From positions 1 through 24,103 of the forward strand of contig CAZFGR010000017.1 in NCBI GenBank assembly GCA_964518475.1: a stretch of 24,103 nucleotides of DNA. The letters run 5' to 3'. Origin of the DNA: an uncultured Nitrososphaerota archaeon (lineage in GTDB: Archaea; Asgardarchaeota; Njordarchaeia; Njordarchaeales; Njordarchaeaceae). The translations under genes and the position numbers were made by a program. The notes under the pieces are model-generated. The model was not told the DNA's origin. It made no database searches and saw only the letters and a list, made by a program, of their open reading frames with translations. Of the stretch, positions 1 through 8,443 are shown piece by piece. Within the stretch, counting starts at the first letter, position 1, and every line of letters begins with the position of its first letter.

Positions 1-84
1 GCACTAAGCCCTAATTAAACGGCTGAGAGAGGCTTAGAAGGTCGGACGGGACAAGAGGCAAAAAGATAAATTTGAAACAAAGCC
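1..84 (+). mobile_element. Right end of an IS5-like insertion sequence (last transposase codons plus terminal inverted repeat), truncated by the window edge
   Basis: 1-18 reads ALSPN*, the same C-terminus as the transposase remnant ending at 11745. 1-84 aligns without gaps to the reverse complement of 11679-11762, and the terminal 28 bp (GGCAAAAAGATAAATTTGAAACAAAGCC) are identical. Confidence 0.88.
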
Positions 85-125
85 ACTACATCAGTAAATA
101 TTAAATAGATACAACTATGTATAAG

Positions 126-155
126 TAGTGATATATGTATAGATAGTGATATATG
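126..155 (+). repeat. Direct repeat TAGTGATATATG x2 (126-137, 144-155) in the promoter region
   Basis: Exact 12-bp duplication with 18-bp period just upstream of the leader hairpin. Confidence 0.7.
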
Positions 156-2428
156 ACCTAGCCACCACCACTAAAAACATTAATAATGGAGAGAAAAAGT
201 GGTGGTGGCGGTGCAAACTAAAAGAATTTTTTTTTCTCATAATTTTTACTCTCCTTTTAATAAGCCCTACATGGCTTATTAAAAATCTGCATGCTGAAAC
301 ATTTCGAATACCAAGCAAAAGGGTCTACGAACTAATAGAGAATTGGGATTTTAACACTACTAATGGATGGAAGGTATTAACAGGGAGAGCATCCATTACC
401 AGTACAGATTCTCTTTCTCCTGCGTATTCACTGTACGCTACACCGATACTTACTTCGAATAAGATATATGTTTTTGACATGGTTTACGCATTAGATAGTG
501 AGAAATTAGATGTAGCTAAAGGCCAAACAGTTCTCTTTGGTTATAATATAAAATTGCCATCACCGGATTATTATGTAAGTGCGTATGCTAAGATCCTATA
601 CGAAAAAACTGAAAGTTTACCACCAGGTGGTGGCTGTCCATACGTTCTATCTTGGGATGGTTCAGAATACGTGATTGAGAATAATATTTTGCCTCAATCT
701 GAAGACTATTTCTGGCCAGTAATAGTGGAAGATTATTACGTGTTACAACATGCTATTTCGTCATCAAGTATTAAGGTAAAGATCGTAGAATTTGAGAGGG
801 AAAAAAGTTTTATCTACAGCGTATCAATGTACAGTATAGTTCATCCTAAAGAATATTATGTTACAGTGGATTCCAGAGGAAAAGTACTGTTTTGGACCCC
901 CTTTGCAATAAAAACTCCAAGTCTAGCTTTAAATGATAAAGGAGAAAAAATTACGGGGTATCTAAAATGGGTTGATGAGTTAGCCTACGAGGGTAGAAAA
1001 GGAGAATCTATAATCGTAACCTTCAGGAACATAACAAATAGGGATAACCTAAAACTCATAATAAGAGCAGACCTAAAGACTATTTTCTCATTAAAGATGT
1101 ATGTCCTATCAATTACGGGTAAATGGATATATATTACAACGATCCATCCAAGAGAACTATGGGCTTTCCACGGTGTAGATTTGGCACCATATGGGGATAT
1201 CCTAACACCTGATAATATTACAATAAAAATCGTCTTTACATCGAGGCACAAGATAGATTTTGTAGGTCTTGATACAGCGCCAGCACCAAACTATGATATC
1301 AGAGAACTTCCTCTCGTAAAAGCATGGCATTCAAGATTTAAGAATGTAAAAAGCAGACTAAGTAGTAATAAAAAACCAGTGATAATCATTCCTGGAGACG
1401 AGTTATATCTAGAATTCAGCAATACTGAATACGGAAACTTGACCCATACAGTCACGTATGTATTAAAAATTAGGGGTTGGTACACAAAGGCGAGTAAAAA
1501 GGAGATAATTAGCGGTAAAGCACGACTAAGAGAAATTGATCCTACTTATGTAGCAGCGGAAGCTCACTTATCAATAACTGGAAATGCATCAACTTGGTAC
1601 GAAATATTAACTCTCGGAACAATACCAAGTGATGCCACTGCAGTAAAATTTGAGATAGTATTATATAGTGACAAAGATTTCAGAGCGTACATAGATGTAG
1701 CAAAAAGTAAGTTTGTGAAACAAGCAGTGTATAGTGATTTCATAGACATGAAATTAGTAGTAATATATGCTGATTATTGGGAGTTCTCGGGCACTGGGCA
1801 TAGAGGATTAGAAATGTTCTTTACAATAGTTTTTGATGCAAGTGACTTTTGTTCAAGACCATATAGGATGGTCAAAAAATGGGGTATAGAAGCTATAGAA
1901 GAAAATACGTACTCATCCATTTGGCTCAAAATTTCAGCTGATGATTGCGTTGGTTTTGACAGTGCTAGAGGTACAAATTATAAAGCATCTGATGTGGTTG
2001 AAACCTATAGAAAAACACATTATAATATCCTACTAGCTGTAGGGACTGGATTAGAAATTATCAAAGCAGGAATAACCGCCGCTACGGCGTATTCTATATT
2101 CGCTGGCGTTACTATTCCGTATCTTGCTGTAGTGAGCTTTGCCGCCGGGGTTGCCTCACTTATATATACATATTACAAGGCTAGTGATTGGGAAGGTAAA
2201 AACCTAACTCTATACGATGCGGCGGATAATAAAGAAGGCAGTAAAAATCGGGTATGGGTATATGTCCCCAGTTACGATGTTCCAGTTTCGAAGTATAGCC
2301 AACTCGTTATCTTTCTTCAATGGGAAAAAGCTAATGAGAACACCCATTTGCGTGTAATAGGTAAAGTAATGCTTCTCGATCATCACGCTACAATTTGGCA
2401 AAAAGTTTCCATAGATATTTACTATTAA
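146..2428 (+). CDS. Large secreted/surface protein: signal peptide, CBM-like jelly-roll interrupted by a CPYxxxWDG domain, C-terminal region with a hydrophobic hairpin. Start uncertain (GTG 146 in frame, or GTG 199-211 via a poly-T frameshift)
   Basis: 760-aa ORF. H-region FLIIFTLLLISP; CBM-like motifs ENWDFN..GW and W..LGTIPSDATAVKFEIVL..AYID; GGGCPYVLSWDG at aa 161-172; Gly/Ala-rich hydrophobic stretch at ~2027-2179. Confidence 0.8.
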   Translation: MIYDLATTTKNINNGEKKWWWRCKLKEFFFLIIFTLLLISPTWLIKNLHAETFRIPSKRVYELIENWDFNTTNGWKVLTGRASITSTDSLSPAYSLYATPILTSNKIYVFDMVYALDSEKLDVAKGQTVLFGYNIKLPSPDYYVSAYAKILYEKTESLPPGGGCPYVLSWDGSEYVIENNILPQSEDYFWPVIVEDYYVLQHAISSSSIKVKIVEFEREKSFIYSVSMYSIVHPKEYYVTVDSRGKVLFWTPFAIKTPSLALNDKGEKITGYLKWVDELAYEGRKGESIIVTFRNITNRDNLKLIIRADLKTIFSLKMYVLSITGKWIYITTIHPRELWAFHGVDLAPYGDILTPDNITIKIVFTSRHKIDFVGLDTAPAPNYDIRELPLVKAWHSRFKNVKSRLSSNKKPVIIIPGDELYLEFSNTEYGNLTHTVTYVLKIRGWYTKASKKEIISGKARLREIDPTYVAAEAHLSITGNASTWYEILTLGTIPSDATAVKFEIVLYSDKDFRAYIDVAKSKFVKQAVYSDFIDMKLVVIYADYWEFSGTGHRGLEMFFTIVFDASDFCSRPYRMVKKWGIEAIEENTYSSIWLKISADDCVGFDSARGTNYKASDVVETYRKTHYNILLAVGTGLEIIKAGITAATAYSIFAGVTIPYLAVVSFAAGVASLIYTYYKASDWEGKNLTLYDAADNKEGSKNRVWVYVPSYDVPVSKYSQLVIFLQWEKANENTHLRVIGKVMLLDHHATIWQKVSIDIYY
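161..209 (+). promoter_or_regulatory. Leader hairpin covering the probable translation start
   Basis: Perfect 12-bp inverted repeat GCCACCACCACT (161-172) / AGTGGTGGTGGC (198-209) with a 25-nt loop containing GGAG (188-191). GTG codons at 199/202/205 lie in the 3' arm. A homologous structure occurs at 12830-12870. Confidence 0.7.
227..235 (+). repeat. T9 homopolymer in the signal-peptide coding region
   Basis: With T8, GTG199 reads MVVAVQTKRIFFLIIFTLLLISPTW in frame with the long ORF. With T9 that frame terminates early. Confidence 0.7.
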
Positions 2429-2450
2429 AATATTGCTGAGGGGAAAGAAA

Positions 2451-3842
2451 ATGTCAAGAAAGATTTTCCTGGTTATTTCTTTTACTGTTATTTTCCTCGT
2501 TACCAGTGTCTCCTTTTACCAAGTGTCTTTAATAGTCGTCCCAGACAACAATGAGAGATTTATTGATGTCCTTATTCAGAGAATGACGATGTATGATGAC
2601 TGGCTATTAAACAATTTTTCATATTTTTCCTTTAGAACCCCTAGTGAGAAACCTTCATTATGGATCATGTCGACCGCTTATTACTTGATCGGTCTAAAGG
2701 CTTTGGTGAAGTATTTCCCTGACGTATTAAGGGGCGTAAGGCTTAATGAGGTAATCGACTGGCTCATTAACCAATTAGAAAAGAATAATTGGAGGGTAAC
2801 TAAACCCTATGGAATATCTCCAGAAAAATACGTTATTTCTAATGCCTCATATTTCTTGTTCTTAACAATTCGGGCTCTAAGCTTATGGGGTGCTGTGGAT
2901 CGGATAAACAGAACCGCGGTCATTGAATATGTTCTTGATCGCTATAACGAAACTGTTGGAGGATTTCGAGAGATTCCTCCTCCCAATAAGACCTATGCAC
3001 CTCTATGGTTCCCTGGACTAACTGATGGAGGGTACTATAGCGAGTTAATCGCCTTTTACAGATTCTTCACTATGCCAAATCTCTTATCCACATCTCTTGC
3101 CCTCGGCATCCTCTATTACCTAGATGCCTTAGACATGATTAACGTCTCTAAGGTCATCGAATTCATCTTAGCTTGTAAGACTGAGAAGGGGTTCTTTAAG
3201 CCATCCCCCTACGGTAAGCCTGGCGAGACATATCCCATTGATGTTAACGGCACATTGGTTCCGTACATCTATGCAGGGGTCATGAGTCTTTACTATCTCG
3301 ATAGGCTAGACCTGCTGAACGATACAGAGAGGGAGAATATTGGGGAATACTTCATTTATTTAGGTATTTCTATGGATGGTAAAATGCTTCCGGGGAAGTA
3401 TATTACGTGGAACCGCGAGTTTGCTTTCTCAAGGGCGGTCATAAACTTGGAGTTGAATACTCTTAACGTCATTGAGACCATGGGTATCCTCGGATTGGCT
3501 AAAGAATACGAAAGCTGGCTCAAGAAACTCGCTTTAAGGTTTATTTACAATCCCTTCTCCCCCGCTATACATGTACCATACACCTCTGCATTCCCCATAC
3601 CCCAGCCAAATGATCATTATACCTACGGAGAAGGAACTGGTCACCAAGCTATTGCCCCGATACCCGCCTATATGCTCCATTGCTTTGACGCAGCAGGTAT
3701 TTTCAATGTCCTATATACCCTGACCCCTAGAGCAGTACAGTGCAGAGAAAACTTTGAGATTCTAGCCATAATAACTGGTCTCTTAGCAGTTGCCATTGCA
3801 CAAGTAATCAGGGTAGTCTGGAGAAAACTCCGAAAGAGCTAG
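2451..3842 (+). CDS. Membrane-anchored prenyltransferase/squalene-oxidase-repeat (alpha/alpha barrel) protein
   Basis: Repeats IEYVLDRYNETVGGF, VIEFILACKTEKGFF, STSLALGILYYLDAL and YAGVMSLYYLDRL resemble protein prenyltransferase beta-subunit repeats. N-terminal signal/TM and C-terminal TM with basic tail. ATG 2451 follows GAGGGG, 22 nt after the upstream stop. Confidence 0.72.
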   Translation: MSRKIFLVISFTVIFLVTSVSFYQVSLIVVPDNNERFIDVLIQRMTMYDDWLLNNFSYFSFRTPSEKPSLWIMSTAYYLIGLKALVKYFPDVLRGVRLNEVIDWLINQLEKNNWRVTKPYGISPEKYVISNASYFLFLTIRALSLWGAVDRINRTAVIEYVLDRYNETVGGFREIPPPNKTYAPLWFPGLTDGGYYSELIAFYRFFTMPNLLSTSLALGILYYLDALDMINVSKVIEFILACKTEKGFFKPSPYGKPGETYPIDVNGTLVPYIYAGVMSLYYLDRLDLLNDTERENIGEYFIYLGISMDGKMLPGKYITWNREFAFSRAVINLELNTLNVIETMGILGLAKEYESWLKKLALRFIYNPFSPAIHVPYTSAFPIPQPNDHYTYGEGTGHQAIAPIPAYMLHCFDAAGIFNVLYTLTPRAVQCRENFEILAIITGLLAVAIAQVIRVVWRKLRKS

Positions 3843-3860
3843 TTCTAGGAAAAAGAGCAA

Positions 3861-3888
3861 TATTTTTTATTTCTTTTTCTTTGTTTTC
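3861..3888 (+). terminator. Putative archaeal oligo-T terminator
   Basis: TATTTTTTATTTCTTTTTCTTTGTTTTC shortly after the stop at 3842. Confidence 0.45.
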
Positions 3889-4165
3889 TCATCACAAGTT
3901 TTCCCGAGTAAAATCTATTCTAAACAAATTCGAGGAAGATCCCATTTTCGCTGCTCATATCTAATTTCTTAGAGTCATTTATACCTAGCTTCTTCTCAGC
4001 CAATCCTTTATTCTTATTAGAAAGCACTTCTTTTCTTATATCGTAAATAAGAGGCTTTGTAAGCTTTCTTTATAGTCTCAATTACTGAGGTCTATCAATT
4101 CTCGTTTTTAGAACGGTGAGTGTTTGGGAAATAAAAAACAGTTACATTTATTTTAGGTTTTTAGC

Positions 4166-4181
4166 GAAGTATTAATACTTC
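4166..4181. promoter_or_regulatory. Perfect 16-bp palindrome GAAGTATTAATACTTC over a TATA-like box
   Basis: Dyad symmetry seen directly, about 27-42 bp upstream of ATG 4208. Confidence 0.45.
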
Positions 4182-4207
4182 CTAAATTAATGATTTATGG
4201 GGGATAT

Positions 4208-4345
4208 ATGATGCAGATTCCCGCAGAAACGGGTTTTGGAATAGCTCTCCTACTTATTGGTTTGCTCATGTATTTGCTTATAAGAAGCGATGTAAAATTC
4301 GTGTATTCTACTAGAAAGAGGACTAAGGAAGAGAAAACAGAATAG
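4208..4345 (+). CDS. Small single-pass membrane protein (45 aa), not in the ORF track
   Basis: MMQIPAETGFGIALLLIGLLMYLLIRSDVKFVYSTRKRTKEEKTE*: one TM helix followed by a basic tail. GGGGG precedes the ATG. Confidence 0.65.
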   Translation: MMQIPAETGFGIALLLIGLLMYLLIRSDVKFVYSTRKRTKEEKTE

Positions 4346-4364
4346 GTTTAAAGGATGCGGAAGC

Positions 4365-4427
4365 GAGTGAAATGATGAGTGTGCCCCAGGCTGAAGAGTG
4401 ATGAGCTTCCGCTCTGGCTGAAAACTC
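4365..4427 (+). ncRNA. Box C/D 2'-O-methylation guide sRNA
   Basis: C box ATGATGA 4372-4378, 12-nt guide GTGTGCCCCAGG, D' CTGA 4391-4394, C' GTGATGA 4398-4404, 13-nt guide GCTTCCGCTCTGG, D box CTGA 4418-4421, short terminal stem GAGT/ACTC. Canonical archaeal spacing. Confidence 0.9.
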
Positions 4428-4508
4428 TAGCTTTTTCCATATTTATAATTCTTCCGATGATTCGCAATGTTTTGTATGCCTATCTATTTGTTAGTTTCTT
4501 TCATCTAG

Positions 4509-5165
4509 TTAGAGTAGGTCTTTAGGAAGTTGTGATCGGAAATCGGCGATACTGACGAATCTTTCCATTATGAGTGGAGAAAGAATAATGTTTTGAGCAA
4601 TGAAATGTGCTAATAGTGGGGATATAACACCTATTATGGCGCCGGTGAGTAGTTGCATGGGTGTGTGGATTCTGAGCTTTACTCTGCTCCACCCTATTAC
4701 TGGGGCTAAGACTAAGAGGATATAGACTAGAGGGGTGGTATAGAGCCCCAGCAATATTATGGGGGCTACGAAACCGCCTACATGTACGCTCGGTTTCGAG
4801 AAGATATTTCCAATAATTAATATAGAGGAAAATATAGCATACATCACATGGAGACTTATCAGGAATGCGTAAATACCCAGACTTGCTTGTCTGCAGAAAT
4901 ATACCGCACCAGCAACATAACTGATTAAACCAATTATGACGAACGGTATTCGTTCACGATTACTTAGCATGCTGGGGCTTACTCCTTTAAATATACTATA
5001 AGCAACAACTGGGCCCCAAGGTAAAAGATATAGGAAAACAATAACTCCTATAAGAGCCTCCGTTGTTAAGTGGTAAGGGTGGAATAGGTAATATATGAGC
5101 AAAACATAAGCACATACAAACGGGGCGTTCAAAACATTCGAGATAACACTAGCGATCCTTGTCAT
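4509..5165 (-). CDS. PAP2-superfamily membrane phosphoesterase-like protein
   Basis: Multi-TM protein with KPSVH and SRVKLRIHTPMQLLTG, matching PAP2 C2/C3 motifs. Confidence 0.75.
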   Translation of the reverse strand: MTRIASVISNVLNAPFVCAYVLLIYYLFHPYHLTTEALIGVIVFLYLLPWGPVVAYSIFKGVSPSMLSNRERIPFVIIGLISYVAGAVYFCRQASLGIYAFLISLHVMYAIFSSILIIGNIFSKPSVHVGGFVAPIILLGLYTTPLVYILLVLAPVIGWSRVKLRIHTPMQLLTGAIIGVISPLLAHFIAQNIILSPLIMERFVSIADFRSQLPKDLL

Positions 5166-5202
5166 AACTCACCCCTATTACATACCATATAGTATTAATT
5201 AT

Positions 5203-6564
5203 TTACTTTTTATCTAACCGTTTCGACAACTCAATAAGAATCTTGACAAGCTTTTCGGGATCCTTACCTAGAAGCACTATCATGGGTTCCTTCCCAATAT
5301 CGCCTCTATGATATATTACGTCAGGTACTTCACCCAGCCTTTTTATAGCTTCTCGAGTACCCCAAGGAATACTCATTCCCTCGATCTTCTTTATCTCCTC
5401 CGGCTCCTGCGTTCTCTCGTAATACGATATTTTGAGCCCCATACGTTCTAACTCTCTCAATATTCCCTCATTATATTTTATATTAATAGCCGAATTTATT
5501 TCCGGATCATATTCTCTCGCAACCAAAATGTATGAGGCGAGATGCCTAGATACTCCAAAATCTGGACAACCAGCAGCTTTGGCTCTACCCATTACTGGTC
5601 TTATTCTCCCAGGAATAGCGATTACATCAGAAGAATCTACTGCATAATCAAGAGCAATAGCAATATTCATACCGACCTCCGGGACTAACTTAGCGAGACC
5701 CTCCTCAGACTCGATAATATCCAATAATCCCAGAATCTTCCTGTATTTCTTGTAACGCTCAGCCTCGCGGTAAAGCGATGCCATATGGTTAACTGGACCG
5801 AATCCCTGACCTATATCGAGCCCGAATTTTATGGCAAGGTAAATAAACTTTTTCGCTTTTTCTACTGCTTTAGAAAGAGGCTGTCCCTTAGCTAGTTCAG
5901 CCGCTATTGCTGCGGAGAATGTACATCCCGTTCCATGCGTATTTTTACTATCTATTCTAGGAGTCTTGTAGAAATAGTATTCCCCGTTCCAATACATCAC
6001 ATCGATAGCTTCTTCTCCAACCTCTACATGTCCTCCCTTTACTATAGCTGCCTCACATCCATACTTCTCTACAATCATTTTAGCGGCTTTCTTCATGTCT
6101 TCTACATTTTTTATATCCATGTTTGTTAATGCTTTTGCCTCATTGAGGTTAGGGGTCACGACTTTTGCTAGGGGAAGAAGCTCCTTTATTAAGGTCTCTC
6201 TGGCTTCTGGATCCATTAATGGGGCACCAGACTTCGCTATCATGACTGGATCAACAACTAGTGGGAAATCATAATTCTTTACCTCCCCAGCAACAGCTTT
6301 GATTATTTCTGACGTCCTCAGCATACCCGTTTTTGCAGCATCTACCCCAATATCCTCTACAACAGCTTTTATCTGAAGCTTTATAACATCTGGGGGGACA
6401 TCGTGGATAGCAAGGACTTCCCGAGTGTTCTGAGCAGTGATTGAAGTAATAACACTCATTCCAAATACTCCCAACGCAGAAAAAGTTTTCAAATCAGCCT
6501 GAATCCCTGCTCCTCCACCAGAATCAGACCCAGCTATGGTCAATGCTTTAAAAATCCGCATCAT
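5203..6564 (-). CDS. thiDN: Bifunctional hydroxymethylpyrimidine/phosphomethylpyrimidine kinase - thiamine-phosphate synthase (ThiD-ThiN fusion)
   Basis: ALTIAGSDSGGGAGIQADLKTF, VVDPVM, TPNLNEA and THGTGCTFSAA (ThiD), followed by LVPEVGMNI, FGVSRHLA and GKEPMI (ThiN). GGAGG upstream of ATG 6564. Confidence 0.95.
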   Translation of the reverse strand: MMRIFKALTIAGSDSGGGAGIQADLKTFSALGVFGMSVITSITAQNTREVLAIHDVPPDVIKLQIKAVVEDIGVDAAKTGMLRTSEIIKAVAGEVKNYDFPLVVDPVMIAKSGAPLMDPEARETLIKELLPLAKVVTPNLNEAKALTNMDIKNVEDMKKAAKMIVEKYGCEAAIVKGGHVEVGEEAIDVMYWNGEYYFYKTPRIDSKNTHGTGCTFSAAIAAELAKGQPLSKAVEKAKKFIYLAIKFGLDIGQGFGPVNHMASLYREAERYKKYRKILGLLDIIESEEGLAKLVPEVGMNIAIALDYAVDSSDVIAIPGRIRPVMGRAKAAGCPDFGVSRHLASYILVAREYDPEINSAINIKYNEGILRELERMGLKISYYERTQEPEEIKKIEGMSIPWGTREAIKRLGEVPDVIYHRGDIGKEPMIVLLGKDPEKLVKILIELSKRLDKK

Positions 6565-6730
6565 AAAACCCTCCACAAAATAAGAATGAAAGCATTTACC
6601 AGACTCGAAAAATAGACGTATCGTTATTTAATTCTAGCCTATATTAAAACCTTCCTATCCAGAATCAGTTATGGGGAAAAGAAAGCTTTAATTCCTCATC
6701 TAACAGAAAAAGAGATTGTTATTGGGTTTC

Positions 6731-7243
6731 CTAGTCAAAGAAGCGGAATGGGATAAAGTGTATTACTGGAGGATCTATGGGTCTATAAGTCCACCGTTCC
6801 ATAATTGTTGGTATAATTATCGTCTCGTAACCATTTATGGAGGGGATCCTGATCTTCTTGTACTTCCATATTATCAATTCTACGGGTCCTAATCCAGAAT
6901 TCGAGAGTTGGTGGACTAGATCGGCGTAGATAGCTGTTATTATAGCGTTAATATTTTTTATGGGATTGTTCCTGGGACTATCCACAATGGTTCTTAATTC
7001 TGCATCACTCAGGATTTTCTCATTCACAAAATTCATTGATACTTCTCCTTCCTTATTGAGAAGTACTTTTATGGTGGATTCGCAAAGTTTTACAAGCTCT
7101 AGGGCTAGTTCGGCGGATAGGGTCTCTAATCCCTTTAATCTTATAACAATGATTACTTGATCATTTTTCTTGGCGGGGAATATTTCTATGCGAGGGATAT
7201 AGGTTCTCCTCCTAACTGGGCCCCTTGTCCGCAAAAAAGGCAC
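6731..7243 (-). CDS. Hypothetical protein
   Basis: 170-aa ORF filling the gap with protein-like composition; no recognised motif. Confidence 0.6.
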   Translation of the reverse strand: MPFLRTRGPVRRRTYIPRIEIFPAKKNDQVIIVIRLKGLETLSAELALELVKLCESTIKVLLNKEGEVSMNFVNEKILSDAELRTIVDSPRNNPIKNINAIITAIYADLVHQLSNSGLGPVELIIWKYKKIRIPSINGYETIIIPTIMERWTYRPIDPPVIHFIPFRFFD

Positions 7244-7385
7244 CTAGAAGTAGAGATTTAAAAACATCGATTACATACCAATTTCTTTATAAATCTTATT
7301 GGGTAGTCTATTCATGGCATTAAAAACTAGAACTCATTATGTTTATTGGCCTAATTTAACATTGATATTTCTGGAGGAGAAGATA

Positions 7386-8150
7386 TTGCGTATAAATGGA
7401 CCAGAGAAGTTCCTGATAGTGGCTTCACTCATTCTTTTTGGAATTGGCGTTTTATCATATATAGAACCGCAAATAGGTATTGCTCTCAACAATGCAATTA
7501 CTGGCTGGATCAAAGGCTCTCTCGGCTCTGAAAACCTTATCTATCTCTACATAATCGCTATGGTATCAGTAATTATCGCGAATGCCTCGGTATTTATATA
7601 CATTCCTTACCCAATTATTCTCTTCTCCCTAGCCGCTAAACCAGAAGTAAATCTTATAGTATTAATCATTGTCTCAAGCATAGGAGCAGCAATAGGGGAG
7701 CTAAGCTCCTACTTAATAGGTTTTATTGGCAAAAAAGCAGCAGAGGATATTGAAAAATACAGGAAAAAAGCAGAAGCTATGCGACGGTTGCTGGAAACGA
7801 GACCGTTACTGGTTCCCTTTATTGTGTTTTTTATGGCTCTTACTCCTTTACCAGACGACGTCATTTTAATCCCATTAGGTTTCGTGGGTTATAGCTTGGT
7901 GAAGTCTGTCATAGCTTGTTTCTTGGGAAAATTTGTCTTAATAACTGTAATTATTCTAGGTGGTAGAATATTCGGAGAAGCAATCATAAAATGGCTCACA
8001 AATTCCAATAATACTCCATATCCATGGCTTGACGACATAATTATTCTCTACATCGTAGTAATAATAATCTATGTGATTCTGAAAATAGACTTTACAAAAA
8101 TAGCGGCTAAATTAGGCATTAGTATTGAAGAAGAAAAGGAAGAATCTTAA
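7386..8150 (+). CDS. DedA/VTT (SNARE-associated Golgi) family membrane protein
   Basis: SSIGAAIGELSSYLIG, ALTPLPDDVILIPLG and ACFLGKF motifs. TTG 7386 follows GGAGG. Confidence 0.85.
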   Translation: MRINGPEKFLIVASLILFGIGVLSYIEPQIGIALNNAITGWIKGSLGSENLIYLYIIAMVSVIIANASVFIYIPYPIILFSLAAKPEVNLIVLIIVSSIGAAIGELSSYLIGFIGKKAAEDIEKYRKKAEAMRRLLETRPLLVPFIVFFMALTPLPDDVILIPLGFVGYSLVKSVIACFLGKFVLITVIILGGRIFGEAIIKWLTNSNNTPYPWLDDIIILYIVVIIIYVILKIDFTKIAAKLGISIEEEKEES

Positions 8151-8443
8151 TACCCCATTCAAAACCAATATGTTGCATCCCTAAGCAAAAATATTACTAA
8201 ATTAGATACCTAGGCTAACTACCTCATTATAAAATTCTTGTAGTTTATAAATGAGAGGGAATGCATGAGATTAGAAAATATTCTATAGTCTCCTAAGCGT
8301 CTTTGAGCCTTGCAAAATACTAAGAAATAGTGATTTAGTAGGATGTCTAAACACGTAAGTATGGTAAAATTTAAAACAATAATCCCTTTTCAGCATATAT
8401 GTATATTTTTTACCTAGGTATTAATTCCTTAAGGGGAGAAATA

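Noticed and set aside
161-209. Invertible DNA switch bounded by the inverted repeats
   Set aside because: A 21-25 bp spacer is very short for recombinase inversion and no recombinase is in the window; an RNA hairpin is more parsimonious.
620-634. GGTGGTGGC at the insert junction is complementary to the leader arm GCCACCACC
   Set aside because: Explained by Gly-Gly-Gly codons. There is no counterpart in the second locus or at the other end of the insert.
635-1483. Classical intein/Hint domain
   Set aside because: Starts with Cys but has no block B TxxH-like context that I can support, and no terminal HN followed by C/S/T.
3920-4066. About 48 open codons on the minus strand (KLTKPLIYDIRKEV..)
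   Set aside because: No usable start codon and no recognisable motif; at most a gene remnant.
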